From contig CAZVLB010000004.1 in assembly GCA_964627935.1 (NCBI GenBank), positions 153,842 to 217,841 of the forward strand: a stretch of DNA of 64,000 bases, written 5' to 3'. Each line of letters begins with the position of its first letter. Within the stretch, counting starts at the first letter, position 1. The notes beneath the pieces are model-generated. The model was not told the origin of the DNA and made no database searches. It saw only the letters and a list, made by a program, of their open reading frames with translations. The stretch comes from an uncultured Ignavibacteria bacterium (GTDB lineage Bacteria; Zixibacteria; MSB-5A5; JAABVY01). The translations under genes and the position numbers were made by a program. Of this stretch, positions 46,758 through 57,388 are shown one piece after another.

Positions 46758-46808
46758 GGCCGGATATCTTTTGTGTTAAAGAGCTAAAATCCGGCCTTAT
46801 TTATTATT
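46758..46808 (+). terminator. possible terminator after malic enzyme gene
   Basis: An 8-bp stem ggccggat/atccggcc with a long 23-nt loop, followed by ttatttattatt. Confidence 0.3.
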
Positions 46809-46939
46809 GCTCGCTTTTTCAGATTTCTTCCTGATTCCATAGATTCTCAGTTGTTTCAAACAATAAAAATCAAATACTTGACAACCGGGTATGGTATTTT
46901 ATATTGAAATATGGTATTTCAAAATGAAAGGTATTTCGC

Positions 46940-48559
46940 GTGAGAGCTGAGGATCTTAATATTCAGGATCTGATTTCGGTCAAAAACGGCGAAATCAATC
47001 TGCGCGGCCGACGATTAGTGCTTCACTCAATACATGCATTCAGCCAGTTTCGCTATGATCTGCTCAAAATGCTCGGCGAAGACGATGCCAGACGGTTATT
47101 TACCAGATTCGGTTTTTTCTGGGGCCAGGCGGATGCCGCCGCTCTGCAGCGGCTCTTTAAATGGCCGACTGTCGAAGAATGGCTTAAGGCCGGTATTAAG
47201 CTATATGCGCTCGAGGGGGCCGGGCAGGCCAAAATTTCGGAGCTGTTTATAGATAAGCAAAATAAAAAGTTTAAGATGGATGTCTCCTGGCACAATTCGG
47301 TCGAGGTCGAGGAGCATGTGATGAATATGGGGGCCGATGACAAGGCCGTGTGCTGGAAATATATTGGCTATGTTAGCGGCATGACCTCATACTGCATGGG
47401 TCAGAGCATTTACTTCATTGAATCCCTTTGCCAGGGCAGGCGAGATGGTTTCTGCCGGGCAATTGGAAAGGATCTCGAATCATGGGGCGATGAAATAACT
47501 CCGCACCTGAAGTATTTCGAGGCGGAAGACATCAAGGGAAAAGTCAAACGATTGACGGAGGAACTGAAGGAGAAGACCAGGGCCCTTGAAAAACATAAAA
47601 GGGAATTAAAAAGACTGCGGCATCGTTCGGTTCCCTATCTGGCAGAGGGAAGAAGCAGGAAAATGCAGGACGTGCTGAATCTGGCCAGCAAGGTTGCCAG
47701 ATATGATTCCTCGGTGCTGATAACGGGTGAAACCGGAACCGGAAAAGAAGTCCTGGCCAGATATATTCATGATATGTCGCAGCGCTTTAAGGGCCCTTTC
47801 GTTGTAATCAACTGCCTGGCCATGCCCGAGTCCCTTTTGGACAGCGAACTGTTTGGCCATAAGGCCGGAAGTTTCACGGGAGCGGCTCAAAACAGAAGGG
47901 GATTATTTGAGGAGGCTTCCAACGGCACTGTATTTTTGGATGAAATCGGTGAATTAAGTCAGGCAACCCAGTTGAAATTGCTGCGGGTCCTGCAGGAGAA
48001 AGAGATTCTCAGGATCGGCGAGAACAAGCCCCGCAAATCGAATGTCCGAGTCATTGCGGCAACCAATAAGGACCTCGACCAGGCGGTTAAGGACCGTGAG
48101 TTCAGAGAGGACCTGCTTTATCGTTTGAAGGTCATCGAAATCAAGGTGCCCTCACTGCGAGAAAGAAAACAGGACATTTTGCCGATTTCGCAGTTTTTAA
48201 TCCAGAGAATCTCAAGGAAACTTGGAATAGAATCCCTGCGCCTTGATTCAGAGTGTGCTGAATCTCTCGAGGCCTATGATTGGCCGGGAAATATCAGGGA
48301 GCTGGAAAATGCCCTGGAAAGGGCCGCAGTTGTTTCCACCGATGGAGTAATCACTCAGAAACATCTCCCGTCAAGAATAGTATACCAGTCCCGCATGCAT
48401 GATAAAATCCAGGAGGGCTCCGATGCGTCTTTGAAACAGGTTGAACAGGCCCATATCAAACGCATTTTGAATTTTGCAGAGGGCAATAAAACCAAAGCGG
48501 CCAAAATCCTGGGCATAAGCGGAGCTACCCTGTGGCGCAAATTGAAAGAAATCGACTGA
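46940..48559 (+). CDS. sigma-54-dependent transcriptional activator with XylR-N/V4R sensory domain
   Basis: 539 aa. N-terminal XylR_N/V4R-like region ('CWKYIGYVSGMTSYCMGQSIYFIESLCQGRRDGFCR'). AAA+ sigma-54 interaction domain ('GETGTGKEVLARYIH', 'GSFTGA', 'ESELFGH'). C-terminal Fis-type HTH ('NKTKAAKILGISGATLWRKL'). GTG start. Confidence 0.85.
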   Translation: MRAEDLNIQDLISVKNGEINLRGRRLVLHSIHAFSQFRYDLLKMLGEDDARRLFTRFGFFWGQADAAALQRLFKWPTVEEWLKAGIKLYALEGAGQAKISELFIDKQNKKFKMDVSWHNSVEVEEHVMNMGADDKAVCWKYIGYVSGMTSYCMGQSIYFIESLCQGRRDGFCRAIGKDLESWGDEITPHLKYFEAEDIKGKVKRLTEELKEKTRALEKHKRELKRLRHRSVPYLAEGRSRKMQDVLNLASKVARYDSSVLITGETGTGKEVLARYIHDMSQRFKGPFVVINCLAMPESLLDSELFGHKAGSFTGAAQNRRGLFEEASNGTVFLDEIGELSQATQLKLLRVLQEKEILRIGENKPRKSNVRVIAATNKDLDQAVKDREFREDLLYRLKVIEIKVPSLRERKQDILPISQFLIQRISRKLGIESLRLDSECAESLEAYDWPGNIRELENALERAAVVSTDGVITQKHLPSRIVYQSRMHDKIQEGSDASLKQVEQAHIKRILNFAEGNKTKAAKILGISGATLWRKLKEID

Positions 48560-48856
48560 ACCGGAAGTCTCTCGTGCCATAAAACAGTATACAATCATAT
48601 CAGTCTGTGACTCTTAATGGCATCAGCGTCTTCCGTAAATGCCAATCTGTATAACTTAAGTTATAATCTCCTGCGAAAAGAATCTAAATCCGGCCCCACA
48701 ATGAATATCGACCGATAACTTCCCATTACCACGGCGAGCAAAGACTATCTAACTACCTAACAATAAGTTAAGTGGCTGTAAAAGCCCTCAAGAAATTTGC
48801 GCATATGTCGATATATAACTCGATGGGGCAAGGAGAAAGCTTTGCTAAAATATACC

Positions 48857-51800
48857 ATGAAAATAGCAGTTATGCTGCTATTGCTGGCCACAAATGTCGC
48901 ATTGCCTGTAAACTATTATGTTTCAACTACAGGTAATGACGATCTGGAGGGGACAACAGAGGAAACCGCCTGGGCATCGATCGATAATGGCGATCAGAAG
49001 GGCATCCTGTTGCCCGGAGATACGGTTAATATCCTGAACGGCACTTACACAATTACCTCGAAGATCGATTTGACCAGCAATGGCGCCCCGCATGCGCCGA
49101 TTGTCTATCTGAATTACGAGGATAAGGCGGTTGTACTCGATGCTGACAGTGCCGGCCTGGTGATAATCGAAAGCAATGGAAATCATGTCGTAATCAAAGG
49201 CCTTCAATTACAGCATACCAGCGATCAGGGAATCCATGTCAAGGGCGATTCAACCAGAATCATTGGCTGCTATGTTCATCATACAGGCAATGAAGGCTAC
49301 CGCAATGACGGCAACTACAACCTTTTTCTGCGAAATGTGGCCGCTAATTGCGGTGAAGAAGGATTCAAGAATGTAGGCGGTGAAGAAGGAGACAAGGATG
49401 GAGGGGGAGCAGATTTTGCAATATATCATCATAATGTGGCATACTCATGCCTTAAAGCAGGATTTGACCTGAATTTTAATAATTCTCGTGTTATAAATAG
49501 CATCTCTGTTCTAAATGATACAGGTATTAAAGGTGGCTCAAACAATCTTTGCGCCTATAATAATGTCTGGGGTAACCTTATGGAGGATTACGACGGTGGT
49601 GTGACTGATTCAGCCGGGGGTATGTCCGATAATCCCGGTTTTATAAATCCTGTCCTGAATAACTTTGGATTAAAGGGCAATTCATCCGTTATCGACAAGG
49701 GCATGTATCTTGGATACTCGTATCTGGGTACGGCTCCGGATATGGGCATATCTGAATTTGTGCCGGTCAATCTGCCGCCGAAGATTTCCAATATTTCTGC
49801 AAAAACCGTGTACCAGGGTGAGAGTTTAAACTTTGAGGTTTCAGCCACAGATGCCAATGGCACAATACCTTCACTAAGTGCAGAGAATCTACCCGCCAAT
49901 GCGGGCTTCATTGATAATGCTGATGGTACCGGCATGTTTGATTTTAATCCCGACTATTCTCAGTCGGGAGTATATGAGGTTCTGTTTATCGCCTCGGACG
50001 GAGAATTGGCAGATTCCGAATATGTCGAAATAACAGTCAATCTCGATCCGATCAGCTATATAGTCGTCAGCCCCGATTCGGCAATCATCTCCGCCGATTC
50101 GACACTACAATATACAGTTACAGGATTCAGCGCATCCGCACAGCCCCGTGATCCCGGAAATATCACCTGGGAATTAACAGAGGATATAGGCACAATCGAT
50201 TCAGAAGGCCTTTTCTCTGCCGAAATGACTGGAACCACAAGAGTGGTAGCAATCTCTGATTTGGGCCCGGTTGATACCAGCGCATATCTTGAAGTTGTCG
50301 CCGGTCAGCTGGATTCAATTGTCATCAGTCCACAGATTGACACACTTTCGGCCGATTCATCAGTGCAGTTCAGTGTATCAGGTTTCGATGCGGATGGTAA
50401 TGATGTTGTCGCCATGGGGAATTTGACCTGGGAAGTCATCAGGGGTATCGGCACAATAGATAATTCGGGCCTGTTCGAAGCTACCAAAGCCGACTATGGC
50501 TACATAAAAGTCACCAGCGATCTGGGACCGACCTCCACATCCGAGAAAATAGTCGTGATTCCCGGAAGGGCGGTGTATCTCAATGTGCTGCCTGAGGAAA
50601 ATCTGGCCGAGCAGGGTTCATCCACACAATACAGTGCAAAAGCCTATGATGTGGACAGCAATTTTGTCAGCGACACATCTTCATTCGTTACCTGGATAGT
50701 CACTGATCCCTCAGGTTCGATAACAGATGATGGCTTATACACTGCCGGGAGTGACCCCTCACCGCCGGTATATCATGTCATCGCCGATCTTGCTTCGATA
50801 CGTGATTCAGGGCAGGTAACGGTGATCTCCGATGGCAGCCTGGATTATATTCAGATCGAGTGGTTGGATGGCACTCCTGTTGAAGACAGCTCATTTACGA
50901 CCGATGATGACTCCCTCAAGATTTACTGCCGGGGATATGATTCGGATGATAATCTGCTTGGCAATATCCCCGTGACATGGAACCTGCAAAGTTCCGAACC
51001 GATAGGCCTCCTGCTCGAAAATTCAACATATTATACCAGACTAAATCTCGACACTCCCGGAAACGGACGGATTACAGCGCAGTATTCTGCGGATATTGTC
51101 GATACATCAGGCCTGATAACCTGTCAGACGGGTAACGCCACCAAGATTGTAATCAGCCCGGACACAATCACGGTCAGCGCAGACAGCACGATTCAATTTG
51201 CTGCAGATGCCTATGATAGTGATGGCAACTTAACCGGGCCGGTTGCGATCGATTCCTGGAATGTGATTGGTGATATCGGGCAAATAAGCAGCATTGGTAT
51301 ATTTAATCCGGACAGCGTCGGCATCGGCCAGATCACCTGCAGAAGCGGAATTCTGGAAGACACAAGCGGCACTATTACAGTTGTTGCAGGAGTACTGAGC
51401 AGATTGGAGATTTCGCCCGATTCACTCGAGCTGACACCTGGAAGTGGCTATGCCTTCGAGATTTCCGGCATGGATCAGGATGGAAATGACACGGAAACCG
51501 GCGGCCTGGCCTGGGAGGTGATCGGTGAAATCGGCACAATCGATAATTCGGGTTTATTCACGGCCATAAACGAGGGAAGTGGAAGAATTGCTGTTACAAG
51601 CAGTATAAACGGAATCGCCGACACGAATGAAATAGTGAGTGTAATTTCCGCAAACCTGGAGATGCTTGTCATAACCCCGGACACGGCCTCATTGATGACA
51701 AATGAATCTCTGCAATTTCAGGCATTCGGCTTTGATGCCGGGTACCAGCCTATCAATACAGGCGAGCTGACCTGGGAGGTTATTGGAGATATCGGCACGA

Positions 51801-54800
51801 TCGATTCCGAGGGTAATTTTGTGGCGAATGCAAAAGGGGTATGCAAAATCGCCGTAAGCAGCAGTATAAACTCACTTGCTGACACAACCAACCTCATAGT
51901 GGTGGAGGTGCCCACTATTAGTGAACTTCCGCTTGGCAACCAGATCATAATGCCCAATCAATCGCTGGCTCCTGTTCTGGCTTTTAAAATATCGAATGCA
52001 TTTGAAGAAACCAAATACCTTTCAGAAATCAGCCTCCGCAGCGCCTGCCGGGGGACCGGCAATTCATCCCAGCTTCTATCAAATATTGCCTCGCTGGCTG
52101 TTCACCAGGACCTGAACAATAACAGCATGCTCGATCAAGGTGATCTGACTGTGGGCACAACCTCGCAAATCGGGAACCTGGTCAATATAGTCCTGGATCC
52201 GGTTGCTATTCCCCAGGCCTCGAGCGCTAAATTCTTTATCTCGTTAAGGACATCGCTTTATCCGCATGATGGAGATTCACTTGATTTTTACATGCTGACT
52301 GCCTCTGATCTGAGTTTTACAAGCGGCACAGTACTGGCCGGACCGGACAGCGTAAATTCGCTTGGCTATTGCATTGTTGACGGTATGTCATCGGAACAGG
52401 TTCAGATAATTTCTTCCGGTAATCGAAGTGTAAATCCCGAATCAGGAATTGCGAAATGCCTGACACTGGATCTTCCACGTAATGGATATGAAGCTGATAC
52501 CTTAAATATTATCAGCCTGTTCAATGATGGTAATGCCACAACCATGGATATCGATTCATTCATGCTGTTCGGGGATGATGGTGATGGATCCTGGGAGAAC
52601 GCCTCTTCCGAAATATATTATGGAAAGATAACTTTCACCGGGCACCATTGGAGTTTAAGTGGCATAAATGTACCGCTGACAGCGCAAAACAATAGATTCT
52701 ACGTGTGTGCGGCACTTTCTGACTATCCAACTGATGGCAGAAAAATAGCGCTTGGTATTCCCAAAAGGGGAATCGAAATGGCATCCGAAAATGATGGCCC
52801 GCTTGATGCTCCTGTAAATCCGGTTGATACAATTACCATACTGGCATCCTCCGCCCTGACATTTGCTTCAGCTGATTTGCCGGCAGCCGAGCTTGTTCCG
52901 GGAGCACATTCCATGCCTCTTACAGTGATTGAGATAGGCAATGGCACGACCATGGATGTGCAACTGGACAGCTTGCGGATCAGACTCTATGCCAGCGATC
53001 CTGACGGTGCCCAGCAGGCCGAACTGAACAGCCAGATCGACAGCGTCATTTTATGGCTGAATAATGATGACGATCCCGGCACGCGAACTTCAGCCGACAG
53101 CATCATCGACCGGCGTGCCTTTTCAGGCTCCTCCATATTATTTGATACGCGTGGATTGACATTGTCGGCAAGCGGGGGTTCGGCCGAATTATTTGTTACC
53201 TCCGTATTGGATCCATATTTAAGCAAGAATGGAAATACAATCAATTTTGGATTGAATGATTCCATAGATATTTATATAGATCAATCAGTTGAAATTGCGG
53301 GGTCATTCCCGATTTCAAATCCGGAAGCTCACACGATTAATGCTTTCCCCTCAGGGGCAGTTGAGATTCATCCGGTTGAAGGTCAGAATTTATTCGGCGG
53401 TCAGAAGAACCAGATCTTTCTGGACTTCTCGCTTCCGGGTGATGGCTATCGTGATGCCCAGCTGAATACTCTCAGGGTTATTAACAGGGGAACGACCAAT
53501 AGCAATCAGGCCCTTGGAATAGTGAGATTGTGGGAGGATGTTGACTTCAACGGCCTTACCGCTAATGATATTTATCTGGGTCAGTTATACAATAACAATG
53601 GTTACTGGACTGTAAATGACCTGAGACATTCATTTGAACGCGCTAATAACAGGTTTATAGTTTCCGCCGACATTGCCAATACGGAATTTGCGGGGGGCAC
53701 GCTTCGTTTTGAGATTCCGGTGGGTGGCGTTGAATTTGCGGGAGGCACGACCGGCCCGGATGATGAACCGGCCGGAAATCCCGAATCACATTTCCTTTTG
53801 CCCGCCAACCGGGTCACAGCCATCTCTATTCCTCAGGAGCTGATCATAGCCAGGCCGGGAAGCAAAAATGTCCAGATTCTTACATTCGCTCTCTATAACG
53901 GTTATCTTGAAAATGAACATACACTCCGGTCAATCAGGTTTTTAAACAAAACATCCACTATTTCAGATGACGGCTATGCCGACTATGAGCTGGGCCAGGT
54001 ATCGCTCTACATCGACAAGAATGGAAACAGGAGCTTCGATGATGATTCCCTTCTGGCGGTGGGATATTTCAGCAATGGCGCCCTGACACTTAATGGTATA
54101 AATGCAGAACTGCTTCCGGAAGAATTGGCCTATTTCTTTGTGCTTTCCGATTTGCCGTTAAATCTGATCGATAATGATACGCTGGCAATTTCGATTGAGT
54201 CCACCTCAGACTTCATTTTTGAGCAGACAGTCAATCTCAATGGTGATCTACCGCTCATGCGCGGAGGGAAAGTCGTTTTGGATGGTTCGGTTAGTGAGCA
54301 GTATCAGCAATACGGCCTGTCAAACCGCACGCTTTCTCCCGGCGACATTAATGTCTGTCTGTTTGCGTTTAAACCGGCAATAAATGGCAATCTTGATGAT
54401 CTCTTACATGAAATCACACTTGAAAATAGGGGTGATGCAGATCAAAATGATATAAAATCGCTGGAACTGTGGACAGATAGCAATGGCGACGGGCTGTTTC
54501 AGGAAGGTGATTTATATCAGGGTGAATTTTTGTTCACGGATCCCGGCTGGACCTATTCCGGCATGGGATTGACGATTAATGGTAACTCGCCGGCATTATT
54601 CGTGGTGGCTGATATTTCCACAACTGCTGCAACCGGCAGGAGCATTCAATTAAAATTGCCCTTAAATGGCTGCCAGTATACATCAGGCAATGATGGTCCT
54701 CTTGACGATGCGGTTATTGCCGAACAGATATTTCTGATTTCCGCTTCCGGTCTCAGGATCAGCTTTGAGGCCCTGAACTCTGAATACACGGTAGGTGAGA

Positions 54801-57388
54801 AGTTTTGCACAATTGCCACAATCACGAATTTAACCCAGGATGCGGTACAGGATATAAAATGCGATATATCACTGTTTGATAATTCAGGCGCGCTGGCCGG
54901 GGATAGCAGTTATCTGGGGCCGGTCACTATTGCACCGGGCGAAAGCGAAGAATTTTATCACTGCTATACTGCCGTCAAATCCGGAAGCGTGCACTGGGAA
55001 ATTCAGGCATACTCACTGGTGGGGCCGGATTCAACCGGATTATTGATCAGCGATACGGTCCTGATACAGAGCATACCGCAGGATCTGAAAATAAATCTCA
55101 TCAGCTCAATTCCGGCTTCAGTGATAAGGGGCCAGACCCATGTTTATCCATTGAGCATAAGCTATAATTACCCTGACGGCGAGGACAATTCCGCTCCCCT
55201 GCGTCTCGATAGCCTGCGGATTCGGGTTACAGATGGCAGCGGCAATCCGCGTATCGCCGACGAGACATTCTCCAGGATGGTATTAAGCAGTGGATACAGC
55301 AATTTGGCCGTGCTCGAAGATTTAGCGGCAGAATCATCGGTACTGATCGAATTTGATACGCCTGATGTCATGTATCCGGGTGAAAAGAGAGCATTGTCGC
55401 TGATGGTTGATATTGACAGTTCTGCTGAGACCGGAGATTTTCGGGTGCTGATAGAAAATCCCGGGCATATCGCATTTGTCGAGTACAATACCGGCCTGCC
55501 TATAACATTCGATGAATCCGTCCAGTTTCCATTACAGACCGCCTCATGCAGAATTGACAATCCCTCCCGGTATATGGCGGTGTCATATGTTCCTGCACTG
55601 GGAGAGTATATAAATTACGGGCAGAATGATGTCAGTTTCTTGAACCTAATTCTGCGTCACCCGGGAGAAGCGCAAAGCTCCCAGATCCAGCTTACAGGAC
55701 TGTCATTTGAGTTTGTAAATTCACTGGGCGAGAGCATGCCCGTCTATGAATTCCTGGATGAGATAAAAGTATTGAGACAGGATATGTTGATTGGATACCT
55801 TGATAATTTCAGTTTAATGAATGATAGTGTCTGGATTCAACTCAATGCCCCGCCCGTGCTCAGTCCGGGAGAAATCGATACGATTTCGCTCAAATGTTCA
55901 ATGCATGATAATGTAGCCTTCGAGGAAATCGGGCTCAGAATCAATGACAGCACTGCTTTTACATTCAGGGATGTAAGCTCAGGTCTTCAATTGAGTGCTG
56001 TAAGCGATAAGGATTCCCTTTCGGCGGATGAAATCTTCCCGATGTTTTCAGGGCTTGCCAGTTTTAAACAACCCGCTGAAGCTGTGGAAATATGTATCAA
56101 CCCTGCATTGCAATCATCCGTTGTTGGAGGAGCAGATTCAGTGGCGCTATTTGATATCTTACTCGGTTATCCGGTATCCGGACAATATTCTTCTATAAAC
56201 ATAAGCTCTATCGAAATAAGTGTCCTGGATACCCTCGAAAGAGCTCTCGATCCATCCCGGGTATTCAACCGCATAGGCTATCGACTGCAGGAGAACCCTG
56301 TAGAATATCAATCTTATGTAAGGCTGCATGAGGGCAGGGCGGTATTTGACTTCAATTCGAATGCAATTGTCCTGGCCCCGGACGAACAACTCAACCTGCG
56401 GCTTGTGGCCGATCTGGAATCGGATGCGCCCTATGATCATTTTATGGTCGTGATACAAGGTTGGAATCATATTAAGGCCGTTGATGCGACTGATACGACT
56501 CATGAGCCCGACTATCTTGATTTCGGCAGTTGCAATATGGTATTCCCCTGCGTATCTGGGGCCGCACAGATTTTCCTTCCCGCCGCCAAACCATCCCTGA
56601 ATATCAGTGACCAGCCGGTGCAAATCGGTTATCCGGGACAATCGGGAGTAACACTGTTTTCGGCTGAAATCGATTACCACAGTACTGGTTTTGTTGGTGA
56701 CCTGCTCCTGCTGGGAGTAAATGGCGAGGTTAGACAGCGTACCCAAAATGGCCTGGAATATGTCCGGGACAAAACTATTTTCGATCGGATTAAATTGTTT
56801 ATTAACGACAGCCTGATTGCCGGTGACAGCATTCTTACAGACGGCATTTTGGATTTGGAACCGATATCTGATTATATAATCTCGCGAGACAATGAATATG
56901 AGCTGAGCTTAGTCGCTGATATCTCACCCGAAGCTGATTTGGGAAATTATACACTGAGATTTATTGATTCCACATTTTTGCCATTTGCCGACAAGAATCT
57001 CAATACGGAGATCTTTGCGAATATAGCAAGCAGAAGCTATCCGATCACCGGTGCCGAGCTGTCTCTTGACGAGGCCTCATTGGAGGGATCTTTCACAAAT
57101 TACCCCAATCCATTCAATCCAAACATGGATAAATTCACGAGAATTGCTTTCAGCCTCGATCAGGATGCTCGCATCGATATCGAGATATTTACCATTACCG
57201 GAGAACGGATCAGGGTACTGGCCGAAAACTCGCTAAGATCAGCCGGCACTTATACAGATGATCAATGGAATGGCCTGAACGATTTGAACCTGATGGTTCT
57301 GCCGGGTACATATTTCTGCCGCATAACTGCCCGTTATGATTCCGGCAGGACGGAGACGCTCAGGAGAAAGATCGCGGTAATAAGATGA
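48857..57388 (+). CDS. giant secreted adhesin-like protein (beta-helix N-terminal domain, multiple Big_2 Ig-like repeats, T9SS C-terminal sorting domain)
   Basis: About 2843 aa from the ATG at 48857, following AGGAGA (the track ORF begins 48797). Signal peptide 'MKIAVMLLLLATNVALP'. Parallel-beta-helix repeats ('VVIKGLQLQHTSDQGIHVKGDSTRIIGCYVHHTGNEGY'). At least 10 Big_2-like repeats ('…SADSTLQYTVTGF…TWELTEDIGTIDSEGLFSA'). C-terminal 'FTNYPNPFNPNMDKFTRIAFSLDQDARIDIEIF…GTYFCRITARYD…KIAVIR'. Confidence 0.8.
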   Translation: MKIAVMLLLLATNVALPVNYYVSTTGNDDLEGTTEETAWASIDNGDQKGILLPGDTVNILNGTYTITSKIDLTSNGAPHAPIVYLNYEDKAVVLDADSAGLVIIESNGNHVVIKGLQLQHTSDQGIHVKGDSTRIIGCYVHHTGNEGYRNDGNYNLFLRNVAANCGEEGFKNVGGEEGDKDGGGADFAIYHHNVAYSCLKAGFDLNFNNSRVINSISVLNDTGIKGGSNNLCAYNNVWGNLMEDYDGGVTDSAGGMSDNPGFINPVLNNFGLKGNSSVIDKGMYLGYSYLGTAPDMGISEFVPVNLPPKISNISAKTVYQGESLNFEVSATDANGTIPSLSAENLPANAGFIDNADGTGMFDFNPDYSQSGVYEVLFIASDGELADSEYVEITVNLDPISYIVVSPDSAIISADSTLQYTVTGFSASAQPRDPGNITWELTEDIGTIDSEGLFSAEMTGTTRVVAISDLGPVDTSAYLEVVAGQLDSIVISPQIDTLSADSSVQFSVSGFDADGNDVVAMGNLTWEVIRGIGTIDNSGLFEATKADYGYIKVTSDLGPTSTSEKIVVIPGRAVYLNVLPEENLAEQGSSTQYSAKAYDVDSNFVSDTSSFVTWIVTDPSGSITDDGLYTAGSDPSPPVYHVIADLASIRDSGQVTVISDGSLDYIQIEWLDGTPVEDSSFTTDDDSLKIYCRGYDSDDNLLGNIPVTWNLQSSEPIGLLLENSTYYTRLNLDTPGNGRITAQYSADIVDTSGLITCQTGNATKIVISPDTITVSADSTIQFAADAYDSDGNLTGPVAIDSWNVIGDIGQISSIGIFNPDSVGIGQITCRSGILEDTSGTITVVAGVLSRLEISPDSLELTPGSGYAFEISGMDQDGNDTETGGLAWEVIGEIGTIDNSGLFTAINEGSGRIAVTSSINGIADTNEIVSVISANLEMLVITPDTASLMTNESLQFQAFGFDAGYQPINTGELTWEVIGDIGTIDSEGNFVANAKGVCKIAVSSSINSLADTTNLIVVEVPTISELPLGNQIIMPNQSLAPVLAFKISNAFEETKYLSEISLRSACRGTGNSSQLLSNIASLAVHQDLNNNSMLDQGDLTVGTTSQIGNLVNIVLDPVAIPQASSAKFFISLRTSLYPHDGDSLDFYMLTASDLSFTSGTVLAGPDSVNSLGYCIVDGMSSEQVQIISSGNRSVNPESGIAKCLTLDLPRNGYEADTLNIISLFNDGNATTMDIDSFMLFGDDGDGSWENASSEIYYGKITFTGHHWSLSGINVPLTAQNNRFYVCAALSDYPTDGRKIALGIPKRGIEMASENDGPLDAPVNPVDTITILASSALTFASADLPAAELVPGAHSMPLTVIEIGNGTTMDVQLDSLRIRLYASDPDGAQQAELNSQIDSVILWLNNDDDPGTRTSADSIIDRRAFSGSSILFDTRGLTLSASGGSAELFVTSVLDPYLSKNGNTINFGLNDSIDIYIDQSVEIAGSFPISNPEAHTINAFPSGAVEIHPVEGQNLFGGQKNQIFLDFSLPGDGYRDAQLNTLRVINRGTTNSNQALGIVRLWEDVDFNGLTANDIYLGQLYNNNGYWTVNDLRHSFERANNRFIVSADIANTEFAGGTLRFEIPVGGVEFAGGTTGPDDEPAGNPESHFLLPANRVTAISIPQELIIARPGSKNVQILTFALYNGYLENEHTLRSIRFLNKTSTISDDGYADYELGQVSLYIDKNGNRSFDDDSLLAVGYFSNGALTLNGINAELLPEELAYFFVLSDLPLNLIDNDTLAISIESTSDFIFEQTVNLNGDLPLMRGGKVVLDGSVSEQYQQYGLSNRTLSPGDINVCLFAFKPAINGNLDDLLHEITLENRGDADQNDIKSLELWTDSNGDGLFQEGDLYQGEFLFTDPGWTYSGMGLTINGNSPALFVVADISTTAATGRSIQLKLPLNGCQYTSGNDGPLDDAVIAEQIFLISASGLRISFEALNSEYTVGEKFCTIATITNLTQDAVQDIKCDISLFDNSGALAGDSSYLGPVTIAPGESEEFYHCYTAVKSGSVHWEIQAYSLVGPDSTGLLISDTVLIQSIPQDLKINLISSIPASVIRGQTHVYPLSISYNYPDGEDNSAPLRLDSLRIRVTDGSGNPRIADETFSRMVLSSGYSNLAVLEDLAAESSVLIEFDTPDVMYPGEKRALSLMVDIDSSAETGDFRVLIENPGHIAFVEYNTGLPITFDESVQFPLQTASCRIDNPSRYMAVSYVPALGEYINYGQNDVSFLNLILRHPGEAQSSQIQLTGLSFEFVNSLGESMPVYEFLDEIKVLRQDMLIGYLDNFSLMNDSVWIQLNAPPVLSPGEIDTISLKCSMHDNVAFEEIGLRINDSTAFTFRDVSSGLQLSAVSDKDSLSADEIFPMFSGLASFKQPAEAVEICINPALQSSVVGGADSVALFDILLGYPVSGQYSSINISSIEISVLDTLERALDPSRVFNRIGYRLQENPVEYQSYVRLHEGRAVFDFNSNAIVLAPDEQLNLRLVADLESDAPYDHFMVVIQGWNHIKAVDATDTTHEPDYLDFGSCNMVFPCVSGAAQIFLPAAKPSLNISDQPVQIGYPGQSGVTLFSAEIDYHSTGFVGDLLLLGVNGEVRQRTQNGLEYVRDKTIFDRIKLFINDSLIAGDSILTDGILDLEPISDYIISRDNEYELSLVADISPEADLGNYTLRFIDSTFLPFADKNLNTEIFANIASRSYPITGAELSLDEASLEGSFTNYPNPFNPNMDKFTRIAFSLDQDARIDIEIFTITGERIRVLAENSLRSAGTYTDDQWNGLNDLNLMVLPGTYFCRITARYDSGRTETLRRKIAVIR

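Noticed and set aside
46737-46760. 'GGTTGGTTCGAACAGGGCC' resembling a tRNA T-arm (GGTTCGAA) just after the malic enzyme stop
   Set aside because: No complementary acceptor stem, D-arm or anticodon arm can be formed in the flanking 80 nt. The same region is better explained as part of a hairpin terminator (ggccggat…atccggcc).
48560-48856. Possible sigma-54 promoter ('TGGCATcagcgTCTTCC') upstream of the giant adhesin gene
   Set aside because: The spacing and -12 element (no GC at the required position) do not fit the GG-N10-GC consensus.
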